A stretch of DNA of 64,000 nucleotides, taken from positions 35,960,001 to 36,024,000 of the forward strand of contig NC_045138.2 in the NCBI RefSeq assembly GCF_008831285.2. Direction: 5' to 3'. The notes under the pieces are model-generated. The model had not been told where the DNA came from, did not search any database, and worked only from the letters and a program-made list of their open reading frames with translations. The position numbers and the translations under genes were made by a program. Shown one piece after another: positions 22,201 to 33,892 of this stretch. The stretch is from Nymphaea colorata (taxonomy: Eukaryota). Every line of letters begins with the position of its first letter. The first letter of the stretch is position 1.

Positions 22201-23511
22201 ATACTAGTATTGGACTTCTCGAGTTTGCGCTAGTTTTTATTTATTCATATTTCTTTGATCTCCTGAATCAAACAATTTGATGAAAGCACTTGAGGACACC
22301 TTTCCAGCTGTTAGATGGGTGGCTTTCTTTGACTCCAGACAACGAAGTCCTCCTAGTATAATAATAGAGCTCATGGACCATTTATGTCACTCCAGACAGC
22401 GAAGTCCTCCTAGTATAATAATAGAGCTCATGGACCATTTATGTCAATGTACCAGATTTAGATGGGTTACCCCACTGAACTACTTCAAAAAGGTGAAATA
22501 TGAAAAAAAAAAAAAGGACGATTAGGGATTAGATTCGGATGTAAGAAATGACATCCGATGATCAAATTCATATTCAGATTTGGTTTAAAAAGAATATCAG
22601 TTAAGCATCAATATGGCTAGTTAAACTTTGGTATATCTAAAATCCATGAATGACGAAAGTAAGTTATTACGTTTATGGTCAATTGTTGGAGTTTATTTGT
22701 AAAGATGAGCCGCTTTTACTTAATTTGAACTTGTACTAATTGAGTCTTGAACCACATATATCCCTATCATTTGACGCTTTATAAATATTTTCGTAGATAT
22801 TGTTACATCATTTCGTGGTTGACTGGCCAATAATTAATAACCAACAAAAACCCTTTCTTTTTCTTTTCAATTTTGCAGTCAGCGTCTCTCTGCAAAGCAT
22901 TTCTACGAGAAGTGAGGTGGCTGAAGTCGCAGAGCCTTCCCAGTACAAAGGAGTATTTTGACAATGCGACCACCACTAGTGGACTACCGCTTGGTCTGAC
23001 TCATTTCTACTTCCTCATGCACCAACAGGTCCCAATGGAGCTGCTCGATGCCACCGCAAGCCTCATCTTCCTTCCTGCTGCAATATTCCGACTGTGGGAT
23101 GATCTTGGTTCCTCCAAGGTAACATGCACGACTGCCTCCATCCCCATCTCTCCTTCTCGATCTCTCTCATCTCTAGCAAACATATGTGTAACCTTCTTGT
23201 GGTCTGTCTTTTGTCAGGTTGAAAGAGATCGAGGATACGATGCTTCCTACGTAGAGTTCTATGCAAAGGAACGCAATGTTTCCAAAGAATATGCGCGGAA
23301 GGAAACTTTGAATTTGATTGGCGATGCGTGGAAGAAGCTGAACCAGGCAAGCCTACAAAGTGGTCTTCAAGATTTCACTCCGGCCTTCATCAGGTTTTCC
23401 GTGAATTGTGCACGCATGGGGCAGCTGTTACACTCGTATGGCAAAGACGATCAGGAGACGACCATCAAGGAGGATGTTCAAAAGATTTTTATAGAAAAAA
23501 TTTCAAGCTGA
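19241..23511 (+). CDS. Terpene synthase, TPS-g type (linalool/nerolidol-synthase-like), 542 aa
   Basis: Exons 19241-19607, 20285-20645, 20769-20996, 21749-21887, 22879-23118, 23218-23511 (all GT-AG, total 1629 nt, open frame). Motifs DDLFD, RNQPVLWF and RLWDDLGSSKVE are present and RRX8W is absent. TATA-like TATATATA at ~19071. Confidence 0.9.
19735..19881. mobile_element. Tourist-like MITE in TPS intron 1
   Basis: Degenerate inverted ends CATTTGGCAA...TTACCAAATGGGCCT followed by TTA. The core (atgaatctac) resembles 25292-25455. Confidence 0.5.
22332..22445. repeat. 57-bp tandem duplication in TPS intron 4
   Basis: Units 22332-22388 and 22389-22445 differ by one base. Confidence 0.97.
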
Positions 23512-25291
23512 CTGCGGCCATGCCATAGATGGAATTTTTCGTCAACCACCAACCCACATCATTTTGCAGATAAATTATACGTCTGCTATTCTTCTGCTAT
23601 TCAAAACTATGTGTGCGTGTGTGTGTGTAGATGTTTTTATATTTTGTCAAATGTACTTTTTACAGATTTATATGTGTTCCAGAAATAAAAAAAAATTGCG
23701 AAGATAAATCATTTCAAGTTTGTGCATAAATCCATTTTCCCTTGTCATCAAACTTCCAACGAGATTACCAATTAACATCCAAAGGATTGATTTGCACTTG
23801 AAGTGAAAGAATTACTACAAACTCAATGAAGAATTGGTGAAATGTGAGACGGGTCTTCAAATTCAAAGCAGATGCGAGATAGCTTGGTTTCCACCTCAGA
23901 AACTGCAATTACACTGAAAGAAGGACGTTTCACTTCTTTAATATACACAATAGAACTTTTCGAAAAATATTTGTGAATAGCTGACCCCTATTGAAGATCT
24001 TTTCAAAGTCCATTTGCTGTTAGCTCCCTTAAAAGGGGCGTAGTATTGCTCGCCAGCTTCAGTTTCGTGTTGATGGTGAGTCTTCAGTTTGATTTCTTGA
24101 TTTTCGTTAACAGCATTCAACCAGCAAGGTAACCATAAGCTCTTAACCACTACGTCAAAGCCAACTGCCTCTCGATTATATGTCCAAGTTGTTGCTCCTT
24201 TTCCATCATAAAACAACATCATAATATGCATAATGCAAATACAAAATAACTTTTCTATTTCAAAAAAAAAAGTACATAAATGGTTGAGTAATTAAAGGAA
24301 GGCAGATCTCGCAATTGAAAGCAACAGAGTGCTTGAGTATCAACCAATAGCCTAATACAATTAAGTTTTCTTTTGTAACTGTGCAAAGGGCCACGGAAAG
24401 ACAACATTTTTCCTTTTAAAATTTTCAAAAATTATAATTTAGCCCGATAAATTTTTAGATAACGTAGTCAGCCTCTACCCAAAAAAGATTAAAGATTTTG
24501 TTTGATCATGCTATTTACCACATTCCTCCCCTCCTCAGAAACTTAAAAATAAAAATAATCGCTCCACCCCTGGTTTGGAGCAAAACATTATAATATGCAC
24601 ATTACTAAATGCTTGGAGATTGGCTTTGTCTCTGAAATCTTCAAACTTCATGTGCACCGCAGGACCCGCAATTGGATATGTTCTTTCCGGTGGGAACCGT
24701 TTAAAATAAGCTGGAGAGGAACCAGAATTAGGTAACAACATCCTGAGGAATTGAATGACAAAGGCTGCCAAGAAATCCTTTTTGCTTTAAAAGAACTGCC
24801 CATTGCTGTCCTGTCGACACCACGGAAAAGCGGTTCGGCCTTTTTATATATATCCAGCAAAAAAGTTTCATCTGGGGTCCAATTTTTCTCGCTTGAATTA
24901 GTGTATTCTTCTGTAATGCTTGACGTGGACCATAAATTTGAAAAATTATGTGAAAGCATGCTCATGTTTCTTGGTATACTAATAATAATAAGCTTAAATT
25001 TAGATATTGTTTGTTATGACATTCTATCATAACACAAATGCCCAAGAGAACTAACCATCATTTTTATCATCGCAGGGTGAAATACACAAAACAATTAAAG
25101 ACAGGTGCCAATGGTTAATTGTTTTGTGCAGTCCATCTGCGGAATTGCATGACATTGAAAGTGCTCTCTGTTTCTTGATTTTAATAGCGAAGATGTCATA
25201 ACAATGATAACATGGATTTTTTTTCCTTTTCATTTTCAAAAGGCATTGTGAAAGGGGACAATTTGAAACTAGAAAAAAGTGTAGACCTTCA

Positions 25292-25455
25292 CGAGTCATT
25301 TAGCAATAATAATATACTTTTACTGTCTCAGGAGCCTACTTTAAAAAACAGGAAAAAATTATAATGAATCTACCTTATTTTTTAGGATAAGTTCATGATA
25401 TAGTAAAATAAGTTCATGATATAGTAAGAGTGTTTTATTATTACCAAACAGCCCC
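25292..25455. mobile_element. Tourist-like MITE
   Basis: Imperfect TIRs GAGTCATTTAGCAATAATAA / TTATTATTACCAAACAGCCC, followed by TTA after one further C. A related end GGGGTTGTTTGGTAAC occurs at ~15170. Confidence 0.55.
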
Positions 25456-28417
25456 TTAAAGTTTTACTAATAATTTAAGATCTTTCAAATAACAATCTTT
25501 TATTACAATAAATTTGCCCGCTGTGCTGCATGTTATTGAGGGCTAGTTTTTTATGTTTGTTTTTTCTTACACACAACATAACGTGCTGCTTTGAAACCAA
25601 GTACTCGCATCAAGGAACCGCAAAATTTTTGAACCATCTCTCTATCTTACACCTACCACTCGTTGACGACTTAATGGGACTTCTCGTTGTCTTCATCGAT
25701 GCCGTCAGTTTAACAGAGAAAAAGAAAACCAAAATAAATAAATAAACGCTATGAAGGAGCTTTCTGAATCCTACTGCCGCCGAGCAGAGACGACGATAGA
25801 GTTGTTAAGAAATTAGTTTATACGGCAGAAGAATTGATCGATCAAAGAGTTGATCCATGGCAGGTTGTCAACTCCAACACCTTCGCGTTACTACCAACTC
25901 AATTTAAGGAGAGGTCGATCGTGGAAAGAATAATAAATCTTGGTTTGGTGGCTATTGAATTTTCACGGGAACGTAAACCATCAGCACACTTGTGGGCAAA
26001 AAGCACGAGGAAAAGACTTAAATGATTGAAAAGCTTTTAGTTTCTGTTTTCGTGGAAGAAAGAAAAGTTACATGTAGACTTGTTGGGGACTGGTTGACCA
26101 CGTTAAAAAAATAGTCATTATAATGACGTATTAGCTATTTTGCGAGAAAGTAAGAGAGACCTGAAAAAGTAAGGCGTGTTTATCTCACTTTAAAAAACAA
26201 TTATATATAAATTTTAAAAAAAATCACTAGTTTTATATAAAAAAAATTAAAAAATAATATTTAAGCCTTTGTCAATGGCTATCGGAAAAAAATGAAAGAC
26301 TGCCTTATGATCATAAGGACTTTTTTGAAAAAGCTAAAAGATCCCTTACACGGCGCTGTAGAGTCGAATCGCACGCCCTCCATTTGCATTTCTCACGCAT
26401 TTGAGGCTCAAAAAAGAAACTGCTTAGTCGTGTGGACTTTCGGTGGTGTATCGGCGACACTCCGTTATTCACAATGAATAAATATTCCGTAGATTAATTT
26501 TTTTAAGTCTGAACACCAATAATTAAGCAAGTCCATTAACTAACAAAAATGATAAAAAATACCCAAAAAAAATCCGAATGGCAAAACGTCGTTAAGAAAA
26601 TATAGAATCGCATTAATGTAAAGACTTTGAGAGGCATAATATAGTTGGTCGAACTGGTTCACCGTTGAATGTTTGGTAGTTAGTCGAATTCTGGTTGGTT
26701 CTACTCTTATGGACTGCAAACTGTATACTTTAGTTGACAAGTTCACCTCCACCTAAGATTGTAGATTGCTCACAACGTTCTCATATGAATTTACAGATAT
26801 ACGATATGGATTCCAAGTCTGAGATCCCTCTTGTTAAAATCGTCAACAACATGATAAATGTACAGAAGATGAAGTCAGCAACCTCATCGTTAAAAGCTTT
26901 TTGCTTTTTTTCTTCCTTTTACAGCAGAAGCCGATTATATGTTTTAGGTTGCAAATAACATGAAGACCACCTTCAGGAACTCCTCGACAACAACTCAACT
27001 CTCACAGAATTGAACTCCTAAAATTGCCGGGCCTGATCACGGTCACTGATGCTCGATTTAGATGAACGCAATGTAAATGCGTCTAAATCAAGAGATTGGG
27101 AACCATACATTTATTTAGGTTGATGACATTCAAGCCAAAATCATGTCCACAGCACTTCAGGTGTCGACCACTTTAGCTTCTGTTTCGGCTTAGTTAAAAG
27201 TAGCAATCGTAACTCGCAGGGAAAAAGAAGTGCAGTTAACTAGCCCCTACCCTGGAATGGAGATGAATAATGGGTCTGAGTCTCTACTTAACTTTGGGTA
27301 GAGCGTGTACATTTGTATCTTAGAAGTACACTTGCTAGCAGTGAAATCATCGGACTCCAATAGCGCTCCCATGCAACATAAGTTGCTGACAAATGTTTCC
27401 AGATTCATTGCAAGCTAGCCCTAGTTCACATGGAATCTTCTTAATCAATGTGCCATCTCTCTCTCCCTCCCCCACCCCAACCCACAACAAAAATGCCTAC
27501 GGATACGAAATGAGCAATTTCTTTGTTTTTTATACCAACGGATTCCCCGGTCCACGCGTTCAAAAGCTTGTCCAAGTTCAAGTGGATCTCAGGACGCGTT
27601 CCGTAAAGTCGAAGACCAAAGTTTGGAAAGCAATAAAAGCCAGTGTGACATTTGTCCCTGCAGATCCACGACGTATCAGCCGCAAACCTCCTTCAGTAAG
27701 CACTCCCAATAGGAGCTTGGTCACTTTTCGCATCACAGGCCAATCTCCGGCTTCCTGAAAACCAGTTGCAGGAAAAAGCCATGTGGCGTTCTCCTAGAAC
27801 AAGAACCCACGAACCTACTGACCCTTCAATTAACAAACATGGGAGGAACTCATCAACCTTGCCAGGGATTTTGGAGTCATGACCTTCGAAAGTCCATGTG
27901 ATTCTGAAACCATCCCGGAATCGGATTGCAGTGACCATTTATAACGATTCACAGTCAACTCCGCAATTACTAAATGATGGCTAATAAATCAAGTAAAAAA
28001 AGAAATGATGGAACATCAATCAGGAAATACTGCCGTATAACAACGGCTAAGAAATTTGTGGTGCTATTTTCCTGAACAAACCGGAAACAATACAATTCCT
28101 CAACCTTTTGAATCATACCCTACCCATGCTTACCAGTCTCCTAACACGCTTACAAGTGATAAATCAAGTCGGCCCAACACTTTTTAAGTAATGGGCCACG
28201 AAGGACTAGAGAATCAAGCTTCCAAACAACCAGTAACTCGGTCTTTAGCTTTATGAAAGTGCAGCACTCTGACCTCAAAAAAATTGCAGCGAAGCTTCCT
28301 ACGACCACTGCAGGTCACGCACCAAATTGAAATTTTATTTACCACAACAGTCATTGTGAGAATATTAAAGTGAAAACAGAAAGCAGATGTGTTCAACTGC
28401 AGACTGAGAAACAACCT

Positions 28418-31400
28418 TCACCGGAAAATGAGTGGGTATGTACAACACCATCCACTGCTCCAACTCTGCATCAAAATGGCATAAGTGAGGAATTGAATTG
28501 AAAACTCAGGAATAAAAGCTTAAAAAAGATGAAGCACAAACTCGACTCTTACTACAGATAGCAAAGGCCCCTGTTTCAAATTGTTGTGGAAAGAAAAAGC
28601 AAGCGCCTTAGGCCTCTCCCCTGGACCACGGATAAAACCACTGCCAGTTTTTCAGCAGAAACTAGTTGTCAGTGCACCAAAAAAATGATCTGTTGAAAGA
28701 ACAGATGAAGATAGTTTACTGTTAGTGAATGGTGTTCTTGGGAAGGAAAGACTACATAAATGACGATGAAATAAGTGGAGTCCTCCGAGTATCATATACT
28801 GCAATAAGACCATCATAATTGTCATCATTCCCTGTGAATGACACTGCCAGCCTCTCACCCGATGCATCCCAGGCTATCATCTCCACACTGTAACATTATA
28901 TAACCAAAGCTCAGAACAGCAAACATTAATATCTAATAAACTAATATAATGATGACTATAGATGGTTAGAAAACATCAATATTCCCAAAGCACCATATTC
29001 AGCCAAGGAACCATAGCAATTGTTTTTACCTGGCTCCCATGGATGCCAACTCTGGCAAATCAACTGGCAACAGATGTGCATCTGTAATGCAGAACATAAA
29101 TCTCAAGACAAGAACTTGGAGAGGCTACCACTCAGCAAACAAAATAAAACACAAACAAAAGCAAGCTGAGATAAATGAGACTGAATAGCCCTTTTCCTTT
29201 TATTAGTCACCAATGTGGACTTCCTGCTCCCAAGAATTTCAGAATCCATTACCCTTCTATCTCCCAAACTTGAGAATACAAAATTCCCCAGTACCATCAA
29301 GCCCCATGATTATGCATTTATTGCATGTCTCTCCATGAAAAGTTCACATGCAGGCTCTCACAGAGCAGTCAAACATGCTATGAGATGCCTACAAGCCCCT
29401 CCTCCACCTCCCCATCCCCCACCCTCACCCCGACCCCAACCCCGCACCCCTTTTTTCCAACCACACACAACCTTCCCTCAACCAACCACCAAATAGTTTG
29501 AAATTACATTGATTCTGCGCTTCAATGCTGGGAGAGCAAGCACCAAGCCAACCAACTAATGGTGTATATATAAATATGGGAATGTGTGCAAAGATTTACC
29601 TTTAAGCACGTAGCAGCTAAATTACAAATAGGTGCTAGTCCAATATCCAAACCAAACACCTAGTCAAGCCCTTGAATGCCCAAGTTTTACAGTATGTATT
29701 CATTGCTATTGACTTAATGCTTCAAGTGCAGTTCAGATATTATACTTCACATTGTTAAATTAAGCCTACTCTCACAAGAATATATGGTCTAGTAGCTAAG
29801 AACTATGATCAGAGGAAACTATATGCTACAATTCCTCAGTCAGTTAATTGGTGCCAAGCCAGGTGCTCTTCCACTTTGAAAACTAAAACACACACAGACA
29901 CAGAGAAGGAGCGACATGCACACAAAAACATGTTCCAAATTATATCAAACAAATAAGTGCTTAAACAAAATATGAAAACATCAGTTTACCCAATAATGGT
30001 GGCCTGGATGCGAAGTGAACTGAACCCAGTGTTGGGGATTTTGAGAAGGCTAGAAGTAAACTACGGCCATCAGGACCCCAAACTGCCCCCTAAGGAAAAA
30101 AGTGAAAAAAATTTTAAGCAAAACATCATTAGTATGGGTAGACAAGGGAACAAGGACCTCAACAAGCATTCGTATTCAATTAGCAGAAGTGAACAAACAG
30201 TGCCAACAAGTGTACTAAGCCAGCAATAAGATGTACAAAAAATTAGTCACTTTCCCATAACAAGCTACAAGTCGAGAGATGTATAGCTTCGACAAGATTT
30301 GGCAGCAAAAGCACCTCACCTTTTTAGGCAGAAAGTGTTTCCTTAGGTCTACGGGTGTCAAGTAATTGGACAAATCAAAATAACAAATATTAGAAGTCCT
30401 CAAAAACTGACCTATCTGCACTTACTTGGACAGGCTCACCACTGGATGACCAAGTTTCTGAGGTCCATGTGCTTGTCTCCCAGAGATAAAAGGTTCCATC
30501 ACTAGGAAAATAAATTTTCAAATGAAAATTGCAGATACACATTGTGAAATTGAGAAAGGAACTTTTTCCTAGGTGCAAGAGCCATACAATTTTGCAGAGA
30601 AAAAATAATCTCCAGTTGGTGACCATTTCAACATTGATATGGCCCCAAAACCACGCCGAATAGGTGTACCAGTGCCTACGAACACAGGATCACTTTTAGA
30701 GGAACAGCAAATCTTAGAACATGAATCACCTATTTCAAAGCATCTATTAACAAGAAAGATAATTCAAAAAGGAAATATAGCATGACCATGTTCAGGAATT
30801 AGAGCAAGCAGCTTCCAGTCAAAAACATGGCCTAAGTCTTGAGAACAGAAGAGAGAAACCTACATATTACTTGTTTAAAGTAAGCAAACAGATTACCACA
30901 ACATGAGAAGGCAGCTAAATTGCGACTACCACGGCGAATCTTATCAAAAGAAGACCAGCAAACCAAGTGATTTTAAAGACCAAAATAGAATGATGAAGAG
31001 ATTTTTTAGAAAGGCCAGAATCATGTAATATTCAGTCAGATTTACATAGAAAGGCTCACAGAATTTGTGCAAGACTTTACAAAGAACAGGTTATCTTTAG
31101 GCTGTCACTGTATTGATATGAGCAAATAGCAAAATGGCATAGTATCACCTCATTTCAATTAAAAAGCACAACTACAAACTTCCTCAGCCAGAAAAAGAAG
31201 AAATTACCTTGAGCAATATCCCAGATGATAAAGGACGAGCTCTCAGATGATGCAGACACCAAATTTGTGAGTAAATGTCGAGGAAAAACCGTTCTTAGTG
31301 ACAAAATCTTTTTGGAACAGTACTAAATAATAATTTAAACTCATACACCATAACTGAAAAAAACACTTGTCTATTCTGTTTTAGGACATGAAGAACAAGC

Positions 31401-33892
31401 ACAGAAGCACAGGCAGCCATCAGCAAATCAGAAGTATATGTGTGTACAAAACTTTTACAAATCAAGCCTCAGAAACCAATCAAATATACCAAAAAAAATG
31501 TAGCCTTGGAGTCAAGCCCAACGCCTCCATCCCCAAGCCCGTCTACCTAAGGTCATGAGAACTGGCCCAAACAACGAGACCAATGTTTCCTACCAAGATA
31601 TAACTTAACCTTCTTCTCAATAAAACGAAAACCATAAAAAACTCTCAGGAGAACCACACTGAGCAGGTCCAATATCTGATTTGGCTCACAGTACTGCTTA
31701 AATATTGAGGCACCATTATCATAAACCAGGAGGAAAAATTTTATCACTAATAGGATTTTTAGACCACGGTTTTTTAGAACTGACAAAAAAACCCCTTAAA
31801 TGAATTACAAACAAAAACAAATAATAATTACATAAATAAGATTAGAAAGCAAAACAACAATCAAAGGATATCTTCCATTGGGGCTCCATGATAATGATGT
31901 GACCGTTTCACCATTAGGACTTCGAAGAAAATCTACCATAGCCCAGCGGATCCCAGAGCCTCTAGCAGGAGTGACCAAGAAAGAAGCTGACCCAGATCTT
32001 AGAGAAGCTGAATTTCCAGGATAAGAAGCAGACCAAATACATACACCACCCCTGAACGAGGAAACAACATTTGCTTCATGGAAACCATAGATAATATGAA
32101 CAAAAACTATTCCAAAGACGATAAATAAATTTATAACAAATGACCCCCTTGAAGGAAATATGCTTTAATGCACTCACTTGCATGCTACAGCCAGTGTTCT
32201 GCCACCATTTGGCCTCCAGTCAAGCATTTGAACCCCCCTTTGAGATTCACTAGACAAGATACACGGATCTCTGCAATCTGAAAATGCATATTACAGCCTA
32301 ACCAATAATAACAAAATAATGAACTACAACTATATTCAGGAAACAAAAGATAGAAGAGGAAGGAAAAATAAGTACTAGAGAGATAGTTTTGATAACCCAC
32401 TGACCTAAATCATCAAAATCATGCACGGATACTTGATTAGGACCAGATATAAAAGCCAAAATGTGCTTATGTTGGTGCCAGCTTATAGCGTGAACAGAAA
32501 TCTTTGACTGTAGCTTCACCTGAAAGCATGAAGAAATATTCTATAAAGACAATAAAAAAGAAAGGACCCGCAATAGAGTGTTTATTTACCATTATTCCAT
32601 TAACCTGACCAGATAACATAATCAAGGATTTCTGTTATAAATTAAAAATTCAGCCAAACTACCACAATAAGGATCTGTTGAGCTTGTAAAGTAACAATAC
32701 CGACAACAAAACCCACAAAGGAATTATAATACTGCAAAATAAAGGACCAAAATGTCACTAAAAGATCTTTAGTTCTACCATGCCCTTCCCTATTTAAGGA
32801 TTTACTTGCAGGACCAAGCATAAATATTTCTAGTCCCATATAAAAAAATGAAGTGCAGCAGGTCAATGGATTTCTAGTCCCATATAAAAAAATTCCTGAA
32901 CAGATAACGTAACTAGGTTTCAGCATTTTTTCAGGGTGCTATTTGGAATGTTGCTAGAAAGATATAATTTATGATCATTTCACCAGCTAATGGCATACAT
33001 TTCTTACATGTTTCGCTTATCCCAATGTACTACTTATAATCTTGTGAGCATGATGCAGCATTACTGGATGACAAGTAACCGATATCAAGCAAAATTCACA
33101 TCCGCAAAATTCATATCCCATGTGATTCAGAAGCAGCAACTCAGGTGGTGGAAAGAAGCAACTCACAGGCTCTCTAGTGATCCTTGTTATAGCTGACAGA
33201 CACTTCAACAAAGAACCTTTAACTCCACCAAGTCCATCGGAACTGGGAACCACATCACGGTTTCCATCATCATAAGGTATGTCAGTGTTCACCAAGAGCG
33301 CATTTGGTTCAAAAGGTATCGGACTGAAGACCGTTCCCTGTCAAAACAGTTCAAAAGTGTGAGTACTTAATAGGTCATAATGCAAAACCATGATGCATAG
33401 AGTGACTTAAGAATTAAAATAGAACAATTATCGGACTGATGCATTGATGCAAGTGACGCAGATTAGAACAATCATCGTACTCAAAAGGCCAACATAGATC
33501 AAAGATATCTGAACATTGAAATGGCGACCAAATAACACTTGGGCTATAGAAAACCACGTAAACGCCAACGAGAACGGCTAACAGATGCATCTAGAAATAG
33601 CTAAAAACGAAAGCCCAACGAATAATGCATTGAAACAAGTAACCTAGACGACCGGAATTGTTTGCTTACCAGCAGTTTCCCGTACGCGTCCTTGGCGTGG
33701 GAGTCGGAGAGGCTATCCGCGACCACTGTCGAATCAATTTTGGATCACAAGCAGGGGGAAACCAATAACAGATATTCACGTCATCGAGAAAATGTGGGAA
33801 TCGTCGAGTACACAGAATAAGTCAACTGGCTTACCCATTTCCCGGCGGATCTCACAGACGGTGAGCGATCCCGGCGGTGGGAAGCTCGGCAT
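28418..33892 (-). CDS. ALADIN: ALADIN (AAAS) WD40 nucleoporin, 440 aa
   Basis: 14 exons: 33835-33892, 33670-33725, 33167-33337, 32405-32519, 32178-32277, 31872-32051, 31208-31266, 30588-30675, 30426-30501, 29990-30089, 29030-29081, 28756-28887, 28553-28640, 28418-28465 (1323 nt, in frame). MPSFPPPGSLTVCEI, LDWRPNGG, GTPIRRG, WETSTWTSE and GWCCTYPLIFR match plant ALADIN. Confidence 0.95.
31267..31871 (-). other. U12-type (minor spliceosome) AT-AC intron in ALADIN
   Basis: 5' end ATATCCTTT, branch-point-like TTCCTCGAC close to the 3' terminal AC. The frame is restored across it (..SPNGR|NLVSASS..). Confidence 0.93.

Noticed and set aside
22332..22445. Direct repeats as a possible CRISPR array
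   Set aside because: Two adjacent 57-bp units with no spacers, in a plant intron; a simple tandem duplication.
27393..27938. ORFs downstream of ALADIN
   Set aside because: No recognisable domain; the position fits 3'UTR or intergenic sequence.
31499..31690. Possible solo LTR inside the U12 intron
   Set aside because: TGTAGCC...GGCTCACA ends are suggestive, but there is no TSD and no second copy.
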